Positions 8,781 to 17,650 of a DNA stretch of 35,077 nucleotides are shown here, one piece after another. The notes under the pieces were generated by a model. The model did no database searches, had not been told where the DNA came from, and was given only the letters and a program-made list of their open reading frames with translations. This DNA comes from Bdellovibrionota bacterium. GTDB lineage: Bacteria > Bdellovibrionota_C > UBA2361. The first letter of the stretch is position 1; each line of letters begins with the position of its first letter. The DNA lies in NCBI GenBank assembly GCA_044352465.1, contig JBILDU010000023.1:1-35077 (forward strand). Reading direction: 5' to 3'. The translations under genes were made by a program, and so were the position numbers.

Positions 8781-9863
8781 CTAAAAAAGCTTTAAATTTT
8801 CCGGGCCCACCGCGGGACGGGCGCGTCCCAGGTGCGAGTAGGCCAGTTCGGTAGCCTCACGCCCCCGACGGGTGCGCGCAATAAACCCCTCCTGGAGCAA
8901 AAACGGCTCGTATACATCCTCCACCGTTCCACTTTCCTCGCCGATCGCCGCCGCTATTGTCTCGACCCCGACCGGTCCCCCATGAAATTTGTCGATAATG
9001 GTCTCCAGGATCAATCGGTCCATCTGGTCGAGGCCCCGACCATCGATATCGAGAAGCTGCATTGCGGCTTGGGTAACGGGAAGGGTCACGGTCCCGTCGG
9101 AGCGCTCCTCAGCATAATCGCGCACCCTTTTGAGGATCCGATTGGCGATGCGGGGGGTACCGCGGGCGCGACGACCGATCTCCACACTCGCCTCCGCAGC
9201 GAGGGTCACGCCGAGGAGGCTCCCCGAGCGCTCGACGATACGTTGTAATTCGGACTGCGAATAAAAATTCAGGCGTAAAATCATCCCGAATCGGTCACGG
9301 AGCGGTGACGTGAGTAGTCCGGTGCGGGTCGTTGCCCCGATGAGGGTGAAAGGCTTGAGATCGATCTTCACCGATTTAGCCGCCGGCCCCTGACCGATCA
9401 AGATGTCGAGCTGAAAGTCCTCCATCGCCGGGTAAAGAACCTCCTCAACCACCCGAGGTAGCCGGTGTATCTCGTCGATAAAAAGAACGTCGTGGGGTTG
9501 CAAAGCGGTCAGGATAGCCGCGAGGTCGCCCGGTCGCTCGATGACCGGCCCCGAGGTCGATTTCATCGCCACCCCGAGTTCGTTCGCAACGATCTTCGCG
9601 AGCGAGGTCTTCCCTAAACCTGGCGGGCCATGAAGGAGGATGTGGTCGAGCGACTCGCCCCGCTTACGGGCAGCACCACACGCGATCCGCAGGTTCTCCT
9701 TGACCCCTTCCTGCCCCACGTAATCAGCAAAGCTGTCGGGGCGCAGACTGGTCATCGCTGCCTCCTCGTCTGGGTGGGCTCCCGGGGATAGGGTGGAAAG
9801 CCCCACCCACGAGTCGATCTCCCCCTCGCCAGGATTCGGCAATATGCGCTTCGAGTCAGTCAT
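8781..9863 (-). CDS. ruvB: Holliday junction branch migration ATPase RuvB
   Basis: 'LRP..F.DYVGQ', Walker A '[11 protein letters not shown]', 'FIDEIHRL', 'GATTR', 'GTPRIANR', 'EPFLLQEG'. Confidence 0.99.
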   Translation of the reverse strand: MTDSKRILPNPGEGEIDSWVGLSTLSPGAHPDEEAAMTSLRPDSFADYVGQEGVKENLRIACGAARKRGESLDHILLHGPPGLGKTSLAKIVANELGVAMKSTSGPVIERPGDLAAILTALQPHDVLFIDEIHRLPRVVEEVLYPAMEDFQLDILIGQGPAAKSVKIDLKPFTLIGATTRTGLLTSPLRDRFGMILRLNFYSQSELQRIVERSGSLLGVTLAAEASVEIGRRARGTPRIANRILKRVRDYAEERSDGTVTLPVTQAAMQLLDIDGRGLDQMDRLILETIIDKFHGGPVGVETIAAAIGEESGTVEDVYEPFLLQEGFIARTRRGREATELAYSHLGRARPAVGPENLKLF

Positions 9864-10133
9864 AGAGCCCTAATCAGTTGGGGGAAAAAGTTCGCTCCAC
9901 GGAACCTGCCCCTATCAGTGGTTTAAAAAATGGCCTCTAAGGATATGCGGCTGCTGTCATGTCAGTAGGGCTTGCGCGGAAACTCCAATCTCCACCCACG
10001 CCGGTCTGTGAAAAGATTTTTCCTTAACCCAGCTATTGTTAAACAACCTAGCCGAACCGTCCATCACGTTGCCGCCGGTTTTTTTAACTATAGAAACCAA
10101 TTGCTTAGGGGATCTGAAGGGCTCTCCCCACGG

Positions 10134-10733
10134 TTATACGAACCGTAGGGCATGCCGGATTACCTCACCGCTCTCAGTGGTACCGGATATCCCCGTCACC
10201 TCGGCCCTCACCCGCCCGAGCGCTTGCTCCGCCTCGCGGGCGGAAAATCCCAGCGCCTGAAGCGCCGCGAGAGCCTCTTCGAACGCGCCCTCCCCACCTC
10301 GCGCGGCCACCTGCTCCTCACGCTGAAGCACAAACTCTCCAACCTTATCTTTCAACTCGACGATAATCCGCTCCGCGGTCTTCTTCCCGATCCCGCGCAT
10401 CTGCTGCAGCTTCACCACATCCCCCGCCCCGATAGCACGTAGGAGCTCCCGCTTGTCGATCCGCGAAACGATATCGGAGGCACTCTTCGCCCCTACCCCT
10501 TTTACCCGGGTGAGTAACCGAAAAACCTGTTTCTCAAGGGTATCATCGAAGCCGTAGAGCCGGATGCTGTCCTCTTTAACGTCGGTGTGAACGACGATGG
10601 TAGCCTCTGCACCCACCGTCAGGCGAGCGATACAGAACGACGAGCACACAAGCTCGTAACCCACCCCGTGGACATTCAAGATAACGCTTCCCCCGCTTAT
10701 CTCGACTACCGTCCCCTGAAGCCATGCGATCAT
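10134..10733 (-). CDS. ruvA: Holliday junction DNA-binding protein RuvA
   Basis: 'MIAWLQG', 'GVGYE', 'LYGF', HhH 'VKGVGAKSA' and 'GIGKKTAERIIVELKDK', 'ALQALGF'; start trimmed to ATG 10733. Confidence 0.98.
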   Translation of the reverse strand: MIAWLQGTVVEISGGSVILNVHGVGYELVCSSFCIARLTVGAEATIVVHTDVKEDSIRLYGFDDTLEKQVFRLLTRVKGVGAKSASDIVSRIDKRELLRAIGAGDVVKLQQMRGIGKKTAERIIVELKDKVGEFVLQREEQVAARGGEGAFEEALAALQALGFSAREAEQALGRVRAEVTGISGTTESGEVIRHALRFV

Positions 10734-10947
10734 ACTGACCTTCTCCCGCACATCCGTGGTCCTCGGTATACCACAACGAAGCCACTCCAAAAACGGCGAC
10801 TTTCCTCTCGCGGAGGTCCTGAATCAACTGAAGCTGTCTCCGGTTACGCGGCAGGGTGCAGCGCCACCCCCTGGGGGCGATCTCCGGCACCTCGGTCGAA
10901 CCTGGTGCCATGCGGACTATCCGGTATAATCGCTCCCGAGGTACCCG

Positions 10948-13338
10948 ATGACACCACGCAAGAAAAAAAAACGTCCCGCCCGAACCCCGCGTCGTAAACC
11001 GACTCACCGCTCGCGGGTATGGCCGATCCTCGGGGCGTTGGGCTTACTCGTGGCGACGCTCTGCGGCGTGACGTTTGTGTTGACGGACCGGCTAGTCGAG
11101 CAGCGGCTCGCCCTGCGCCGCTCCACCGCTATCCCGGCAGTTTACTCCGACACCCTCAAGCTCGTCCCCAAACCGATGGATATCGAGCGGGTACGGAGGC
11201 AACTGGCCGCTCGGCGTTATCGTGAAGTGCCCCACCACCCCGAGAGCGAGGGGGAGTTTTCTCTCCAAGGGGGAGTGCTTGAGCTCTCAACTCGCGAATA
11301 CGTCCCGCCGAGTGGCCGACGTATTCCAGCGCAAAAGATCCGCTTCGATCTGACCAGCGGAGAGATGCGGACGGTCGCTGGCACCGCCCTCGACAAGATT
11401 ATTCTCGAGCCTCAGGTTGTCTCACACCTCGGCGGCAAAGCGCTGCGCGCAAGCAGCTACAAATCGCTTGCCGTCATCCCCGATTCCTTGGAGAAAGCTA
11501 TCGTCGCTATCGAGGATGAAAGGTTTTACCAGCACGGCGGCATCGACCCGGTCGGTATCGCCCGCGCGATGTGGGTGAATCTCAAGGCGCTCCGCTTGGT
11601 GCAAGGTGGGAGCACCCTCACCCAACAGTTCGCCAAAAATTTCCTCCTCTCCCCGAAGAGGACCTTAGGTCGAAAGCTTTCGGAGTTTTTCGCCGCGCTC
11701 AGTCTTGAACGACGTCTGTCTAAAGATCAGATCCTCGAATTGTATCTCAACGAGGTGTACTTCGGTCAGGAGGGCTCAGTGGCGATCCACGGGGTCGCGG
11801 AAGCAGCGAACTCATTTTTCGGAAAACGGATTGAGGACATCTCTCTCGGAGAGTCCGCGCTTCTGGCGGGCCTTGTCCAAGCGCCCTCCTCCTATGCCCC
11901 CCGCAAGCACCCGCAACGCGCGACGGCCCGACGCGATCTCGTGCTCGGGAAGATGCTCGAACTCGGCGTAATCACACCGGAGGAGCACGCCCGAGCGGTG
12001 ACTTCAAAACTCTCCATCGTTGGAGAGACAACATATCGGCAGGTCGCTCCGCATTTCATGGCAGCGCTCCGCAGCGAGCTCCTCACGGAGTTCGGAGGCG
12101 AAAGCTCCCTGGGCGATATCACGGTGCACACCGGTATCGATCTCGATTTTCAGCGGTGCGCCGAGGAGGCGGTGGACCAGGGCCTCACTAAGATCGAGAA
12201 GCAGTTCCCTCGCCTCACCAAAAAGGGGCGCCCGCTCGAAGCTGCACTTGTATCGGTCGAGCCGTTTAGCGGGGAGATCCGCGCTTGGGTAGGTGGACGA
12301 GACTTTCGCAAAAATCAGTTTAATCATGTCAGTCAAGCGGTGCGGCAGATCGGCTCGACCATCAAACCGTTTCTCTACCTGACGGCACTTGATTCCGGAC
12401 TCAACTCGTATAAGGTTGCCACGCCGATGAGCGTGCTCTCGGATCGCCCAGTGCAGGTGAACCTTGTTACAAAAAGCACCTGGGAGCCGGAGAACTACGA
12501 TCGCGACTACCACGGCGACGTCACCCTCCGTTACGCCCTTGAGCACTCGCTTAATCTCCCGGCGGTCTACGTCAGTCAACGGGTTACCACTGCCGCTTTA
12601 GCGCGTACCGCGCGGCTCTTCCGCCTCGCGGATCAGATCCACAGCGTTCCTGCGCTTGCCCTCGGCGCGGCGGACACCACCTTGCTCAAGTTGACCGCGG
12701 CGTACGGCGCGCTCGCCAACGGTGGTATCTACGTCGCTCCCCGCCTCTTTACAACTGCGCTCGATAGCAGCGGCGAGGTGGTCGCCACAGCTCCGATATC
12801 TGAGGAGCGGATCGCCGACGAGGCCGCCGTATTTGTGCTCAACAACATGCTGCAGGGTGTGGTCGAGCGGGGTACCGGTCGCCCGGTCCGGGGCGTTGGC
12901 TTTCAGGGAACCGCTGCCGGAAAAACCGGCACCTCAAACGATACCCGCGACGCTTGGTTCGTCGGCTTTGCCCCCGATCTCGTCACCGGCGTGTGGCTCG
13001 GTTTTAGCGACAATCGCCCCACCGGTATCACCGGAGGACGGGCGGCAGCGCCGATATGGGGAGAATACATGAAGTGCCTCGAGCCGATGCGGGATGATGA
13101 GAAGTTCATCCCCCCACCAGGTGTCGTCTTCGTTGCCGTGGATGGACGAACGGGAGGGCGAGCCTCCCCGAATTGCCCCGTTGAGAACGTTGTGCGGGAG
13201 GTTTTCGTAAAAGGGACGGAGCCTACTAAGGTCTGCCCGAGCCACGGGAGTGAGGATGAGGTACTTGATGATTCGGGGAGCCCCCCGTCCCAACCGCACC
13301 GCCGGCGCGGGTTGTGGGAGTCTATTTTTGGGGGATAG
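10948..13338 (+). CDS. mrcB: Class A bifunctional penicillin-binding protein (PBP1B-like)
   Basis: TM anchor, UB2H-like segment, glycosyltransferase 'EDERFYQHGG', 'GGSTLTQQ', 'RKLSE'; transpeptidase S-T-I-K, SLN, KTG; TATAAT at 10925-10930. Confidence 0.9.
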   Translation: MTPRKKKKRPARTPRRKPTHRSRVWPILGALGLLVATLCGVTFVLTDRLVEQRLALRRSTAIPAVYSDTLKLVPKPMDIERVRRQLAARRYREVPHHPESEGEFSLQGGVLELSTREYVPPSGRRIPAQKIRFDLTSGEMRTVAGTALDKIILEPQVVSHLGGKALRASSYKSLAVIPDSLEKAIVAIEDERFYQHGGIDPVGIARAMWVNLKALRLVQGGSTLTQQFAKNFLLSPKRTLGRKLSEFFAALSLERRLSKDQILELYLNEVYFGQEGSVAIHGVAEAANSFFGKRIEDISLGESALLAGLVQAPSSYAPRKHPQRATARRDLVLGKMLELGVITPEEHARAVTSKLSIVGETTYRQVAPHFMAALRSELLTEFGGESSLGDITVHTGIDLDFQRCAEEAVDQGLTKIEKQFPRLTKKGRPLEAALVSVEPFSGEIRAWVGGRDFRKNQFNHVSQAVRQIGSTIKPFLYLTALDSGLNSYKVATPMSVLSDRPVQVNLVTKSTWEPENYDRDYHGDVTLRYALEHSLNLPAVYVSQRVTTAALARTARLFRLADQIHSVPALALGAADTTLLKLTAAYGALANGGIYVAPRLFTTALDSSGEVVATAPISEERIADEAAVFVLNNMLQGVVERGTGRPVRGVGFQGTAAGKTGTSNDTRDAWFVGFAPDLVTGVWLGFSDNRPTGITGGRAAAPIWGEYMKCLEPMRDDEKFIPPPGVVFVAVDGRTGGRASPNCPVENVVREVFVKGTEPTKVCPSHGSEDEVLDDSGSPPSQPHRRRGLWESIFGG

Positions 13339-13497
13339 CAGCCCCCGCGTTGAATATCCGCGCATCCAGCTTCGTCCATATCCCTGGAGCGCTCTCTGGG
13401 GAAGCCTGATTGTCGTGCTTGCGATTTTGAGACTCTAAAGATATTAGTTACTTGTCCGCCTCATTGAGGGCGAGCCCGCGCAGAAGAGTCATTCAAA

Positions 13498-13530
13498 ACA
13501 CGGCCGATCTAAAGACACGGTCGATCAAAG
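13498..13530 (+). repeat. Imperfect tandem duplication upstream of degP (ACACGGCCGATCTAAAG / ACACGGTCGATCAAAG)
   Basis: Seen directly; about 17-bp unit with one substitution and one indel. Confidence 0.7.
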
Positions 13531-13596
13531 GCTATAAGAATCGAAGGCAATAACACGCCGGCGGAACCCGAGTTTATTCCTAAAGGACGACATCGC

Positions 13597-15138
13597 ATGA
13601 CTTCGCTTCACCTTACTTCTCGTTGCAATACTTCCCGTTGCAATCCACTCGGACGTTCGATGAGGGGTCTCGCCCTATCGCTAGCGTGGCTGTGCTCTAC
13701 GACACTGCTGGCCCCATCCTTCGGAGGCACCGTACGGGAAGCGAACGCCCAAGACTCGATCGCACCGATTGAGCACGCCAAGGCGCTCTCCACCGCGTTC
13801 GAAAAAGTCGCGGATGCGATCACACCATCGGTCGTGAACGTGAGTTCCACAAAAAAATCGCGGCGAGCGGGGCCGGGACCGGCGCCTAAAGGGGATCCGT
13901 TCTTTGACCAGTTCCGTGAGTTTTTCGGAGACGATCTCGCTGACCGCTTTGGCCAGGGAATGGGGCCTGAGGCGCAGCCCCAGCAACAAGGGCTCGGTAC
14001 CGGAGTGATTATTGACGGCGCGGGCCATATCCTCACGAATAACCACGTCGTGGGAGACGCCGACGAGGTTACCGTTCGGCTCCACGACGACCGTACCTTT
14101 AAAGCCACGGTAGTGGGCCGAGACGATCGGACCGACCTCGCGGTTATCAAGATTAAGGCCCCGAACCTAGTACCGGCGTTACTTGGCGATTCGGACGCAC
14201 TCAAAATAGGTCAGTGGGTCGTTGCATCAGGCAATCCTTTCGGTCTCGACAATACGATTACAGCGGGCATCGTAAGCGCCAAGGGTCGTTCGATTATGGG
14301 AGGGTCCCAGTACGAGGATTTCATCCAAACCGACGCCGCGATTAATCCAGGTAACAGCGGTGGACCTCTCGTCGACCTCGATGGGAAGGTCGTCGGCATC
14401 AACACAGCGATATTCTCCCGCAGCGGCGGGTACATGGGTATCGGGTTCGCCATCCCGATCAACATGGCGCGAAAAGTGATGGAGAGCCTTATTTCGACCG
14501 GTAAGGTCGTGCGTGGATGGCTCGGAATCGGCATCCAGAACCTCAATGAAGACCTCGCCAAATCGTTCGACTATGGTGCCACCGAGGGCGCTTTGGTCGG
14601 CCACATCGAGCCGAACGGACCAGCGGCGAAGGCGAAACTTCAGCAAGGTGACATCATCGTCTCGCTGGATGGCGAGAAGATGAAGAACATTAATCAGCTT
14701 CGCAATCGAGTGGCCGGCATCAAACCGGGAACCAAGGTTGCGGCCGACGTATGGCGAAACGGCAAATCGATGAATACAACGATTACAATCGGACAGCTTC
14801 CCTCGAGCATGCCAAGCCAGGCGGCGGAGGAGGACTCCGACGAAACGCCGGCGATCGATATCGGAATTACCGTGGAAACGCTTACCCCCGATTTGGCGCG
14901 GCGCCTTAAGTCGAGCCGGACCGGCGGTGTAGTAGTCGCCAAGGTTCGTCCCGGTGGGCTTGCCGCCCGCGCGGGGGTAGCTCCTTCCGACATCATCATC
15001 AGCATCAACGGGAAAGCGGTCGGCGATGTCACCGATTTCCGTGCGGCGATGCGCGAGGTCGACCTTAAGAAAGGGACCCGCTTCATTATTGAGAGTCAAG
15101 GGATGGAGCGCTTTGTTTTCCTGCGTGAAGAGGAGTAG
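13597..15138 (+). CDS. degP: HtrA/DegP(Do)-family periplasmic serine protease with two PDZ domains
   Basis: Signal peptide; 'LTNNHVV', 'DLAVIKI', 'QTDAAINPGNSGGPL', 'RGWLGIGIQ', two PDZ domains; AAAGGA RBS. Confidence 0.93.
   Translation: MTSLHLTSRCNTSRCNPLGRSMRGLALSLAWLCSTTLLAPSFGGTVREANAQDSIAPIEHAKALSTAFEKVADAITPSVVNVSSTKKSRRAGPGPAPKGDPFFDQFREFFGDDLADRFGQGMGPEAQPQQQGLGTGVIIDGAGHILTNNHVVGDADEVTVRLHDDRTFKATVVGRDDRTDLAVIKIKAPNLVPALLGDSDALKIGQWVVASGNPFGLDNTITAGIVSAKGRSIMGGSQYEDFIQTDAAINPGNSGGPLVDLDGKVVGINTAIFSRSGGYMGIGFAIPINMARKVMESLISTGKVVRGWLGIGIQNLNEDLAKSFDYGATEGALVGHIEPNGPAAKAKLQQGDIIVSLDGEKMKNINQLRNRVAGIKPGTKVAADVWRNGKSMNTTITIGQLPSSMPSQAAEEDSDETPAIDIGITVETLTPDLARRLKSSRTGGVVVAKVRPGGLAARAGVAPSDIIISINGKAVGDVTDFRAAMREVDLKKGTRFIIESQGMERFVFLREEE
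13614..13643 (+). repeat. 2 x 15 bp tandem duplication in degP N-terminus (TSRCN x2)
   Basis: TACTTCTCGTTGCAA / TACTTCCCGTTGCAA, one mismatch. Confidence 0.85.
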
Positions 15139-15329
15139 GTCCCGACCTACCCGCTGCACCGCGATGTGGTCGTGACGACGCCTCCGCAGGCACGGGAGGT
15201 CTTCCGAGATGATGGCCCGGTGAGAGAACGCAGTTCTTGAAACAAAGCTCTTTGATCTACCGCGTTCCCCAAAGCGACACGGCACTGCAGCCGAGGTGGC
15301 GTTGGGGAGGACCCGCGTCTCATGCCGGC

Positions 15330-15361
15330 GCAGTTTTCACGAAGAGCAGTTTTCAGGAAGA
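15330..15361 (+). repeat. 2 x 16 bp tandem duplication downstream of map
   Basis: GCAGTTTTCACGAAGA / GCAGTTTTCAGGAAGA, one mismatch. Confidence 0.85.
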
Positions 15362-15369
15362 CAAGTTCG

Positions 15370-16146
15370 TCACGACGACACCGTCAGGATCTCGTACCCG
15401 GTCGGAGTGACTAAGAGGGTATGCTCCCACTGTGCCGACAAAGATCCATCGGCTGTCCGCACGGTCCAACCATCAACCTTGGAGAGAACGGTCTTGGCAT
15501 CGCCGACGTTGATCATCGGCTCGATCGTAAAGGTCATCCCCGGGGCGAGCTTCTCCCCCATCCCCTTTTTACCGATATGAACGACCTGGGGCGGCTCGTG
15601 GAATTCCCGCCCCAGTCCGTGGCCGGTGTATTCCCGCACGATCCCATAGCCCTTCCCGATTGACTGAATGAAGGCCTGAATCGCCGCCCCGATGTCCCCG
15701 ACGTGGGAGCCCGGACGAACCGTTTCGATACCCACCTTGAGGGCCTGGGCGGTATGCTCGACGAGATCTTGCGCCTCCAGAGGGCACGACTCTTTACCAC
15801 CAACGTAGTACATCCGACTGGCATCGCCGTGAAATCCGTTCTTAATCGAGGTAACGTCGATGTTGATGATATCCCCCTTTTTAAGGGTTACATACGGGCT
15901 CGGGATTCCGTGACACACCACATCGTTGAGTGAGGTGCAGACCGATTTCGGAAAGCCCTTATAGTTCAACGGCGCGGGCACCGCGCCGAGCTCGCGGGTC
16001 ATCCGATCGACAAAGGTATTAATCTCCTCGGTTGAGATACCGGGATGGACGACCTCTCCAACGGCGTCAAGGATCTGGGCTGTTACCCGACACGCTTCAC
16101 GCATCGCGGCGATATCGGCCGCACTTTTAATCGGAATTCTACTCAC
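15370..16146 (-). CDS. map: Methionine aminopeptidase type I
   Basis: 'CTSLNDVVCHGIP', 'GDIINIDV', 'GFHGD', 'YTGHGLGREFHEPP', 'FTIEPMIN', 'SAQWEHT'; GTG start overlaps the EVE stop (GTGA). Confidence 0.98.
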   Translation of the reverse strand: MSRIPIKSAADIAAMREACRVTAQILDAVGEVVHPGISTEEINTFVDRMTRELGAVPAPLNYKGFPKSVCTSLNDVVCHGIPSPYVTLKKGDIINIDVTSIKNGFHGDASRMYYVGGKESCPLEAQDLVEHTAQALKVGIETVRPGSHVGDIGAAIQAFIQSIGKGYGIVREYTGHGLGREFHEPPQVVHIGKKGMGEKLAPGMTFTIEPMINVGDAKTVLSKVDGWTVRTADGSLSAQWEHTLLVTPTGYEILTVSS

Positions 16147-16634
16147 GACTTCTTCCGTTGATGAGATATCCCCGCCCCCGACGAGCCCCCTAAACGGAGG
16201 ATCGCTTTGAATTCAAGCGAGGATACCGGTTGGACACTGAGACGGGATCCCTTCTTCAGAAGAACCATCCCGGCAAGCGCACGCTCCGCACGAATGGCCT
16301 CTAAAGTGACGATCTCCCGGAACGCTGCGACGAACTCAAGATCGGGGCAAAACCACCGTGGCGCATCGACTTTCGCCCGGGGGTCAAAAAAATCACTCGA
16401 CCGTTCGAATTGACTTGGGTCTGGATAGGCCTGCTTTTTCACCCGACCGATGCCGGCAACCCCAACCGGGGCTTCGTTCGAGTGATAAAAAAGGACATCA
16501 TCCCCCGGCACCATCGCCTTGAGAAAATTGCGCGCTTGATAGTTTCGCACCCCGTGCCAATGGGTCACCTTTTCGCGCTTGAAGTCCGCGATGCTGTAAA
16601 CGCTCGGCTCAGATTTGACTAACCAGTACGCCAT
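16143..16634 (-). CDS. EVE domain-containing protein
   Basis: 'YWLVKSEP', 'W.GVRNYQARNFL', 'FYHSN', 'YPDPSQF', 'SRLSVQPV'. Confidence 0.95.
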   Translation of the reverse strand: MAYWLVKSEPSVYSIADFKREKVTHWHGVRNYQARNFLKAMVPGDDVLFYHSNEAPVGVAGIGRVKKQAYPDPSQFERSSDFFDPRAKVDAPRWFCPDLEFVAAFREIVTLEAIRAERALAGMVLLKKGSRLSVQPVSSLEFKAILRLGGSSGAGISHQRKKS

Positions 16635-16702
16635 CACCCCTCGAGTGGTCATTGTGGGGCGAAGCGCGCGGATGGTCAAGCGGACGGCGACACTCGCCGC
16701 TT

Positions 16703-17317
16703 CTATCCATCGAGGGAGCGCTGCACTGCGTCGAACTCAACCAACCGTTGGCCGAGGTTCCCGCTGAGCGCGTTTACCACCGTTAAAAGGTTGGCCAGAT
16801 CACCCTCCCCGACAACCCCACCCCGGAAATTGCTGTGAGTGAGGTATATATCGAACTCCTGAAGCTCGGTCTGCACCGCAACGGCGAGGAGCCTCATTTT
16901 AAGCGCCTGGGCGCTACCGTCCCCCATATACTCAACGTGCTGCTCGAGCAGCGCAGCAGCTTCTCGACAACACGCGCGCATCAACGTCATCGAGACCGGC
17001 TCAGGGCCGCGGTGGGAGAACCCAAACGAAGCCGATTCGCGGTTCGACTCACGTCCGAAAACCCTGAGCTCCTCGCGGACCTGTTTGATGACATCTCGGA
17101 GTGGGTGGGTGAGGCTCGGGGTATTCCACAGCGGAGCGGAGAGCTCACCCAACGGGTCGGTATCGGGAGATGCACCGCCCGCGAAATCCCTCGGGTGACG
17201 GGCGCGGGGCCCATTCTCCGCACCTTCATCCCTCGCCGGATCTCCCCCGCCCCGGGATCTATTCCGCCGATCGCGCGCCTGCGCCCCATCCCCGTCCAAA
17301 TTCATAAAGTCAGACAT
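16703..17317 (-). CDS. Hypothetical protein (204 aa; disordered N-terminus, helical C-terminus)
   Basis: Strong GGAGGGGGT RBS before ATG; fills the gap co-directionally upstream of EVE-map; no recognised motif. Confidence 0.65.
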   Translation of the reverse strand: MSDFMNLDGDGAQARDRRNRSRGGGDPARDEGAENGPRARHPRDFAGGASPDTDPLGELSAPLWNTPSLTHPLRDVIKQVREELRVFGRESNRESASFGFSHRGPEPVSMTLMRACCREAAALLEQHVEYMGDGSAQALKMRLLAVAVQTELQEFDIYLTHSNFRGGVVGEGDLANLLTVVNALSGNLGQRLVEFDAVQRSLDG

Positions 17318-17650
17318 ACCCCCTCCAAAGCCGGTAATCCGGGCAAACCTAAGGCGCCGACAACACGTCGGCCACCGTTCAATACTGTGAGAGAAGAACC
17401 TCGTTAGAACCGGGCAGGGAAAAACCGAAGGGGAAAACCAACGCTCTTCAACAGCGCCTCTATCAGATGGCGCGCCAACGGGCTTTGGCGCGGTTGATCG
17501 AACAGTTGCTCTAGGCGACCTCTTCGGCTACCGCAACCGACTGAATCGCATGACTATTTTTATCGACCTCCTCACGCCGTGTTGTTTACGCATCGACCTA
17601 AGATTGGTATCGTCCGGTCGCACTTTGCCGTTCGTGGAGGCTCACCGCCT

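Noticed and set aside
10886..10910. tRNA-like 3' end (GGTCGAACC...CCA), or sigma-54 TGGCAC on the minus strand
   Set aside because: No cloverleaf can be built, and the -12 TTGC element is absent; it is just a GGCACC/GGTGCC hairpin
14227..15285. 352-aa antisense ORF over degP (also 25395-26051, 26932-27576, 32435-33148 and similar)
   Set aside because: Shadow ORFs expected from GC-rich codon usage opposite well-supported genes; no motifs or RBS
17325..17460. c-di-GMP-I (GEMM) riboswitch, suggested by GGGCAAACC (+) and CTAA...GGATTACCG (-)
   Set aside because: The fragments lie on opposite strands, and the GAAA tetraloop stem and GACGCAAA junction are missing
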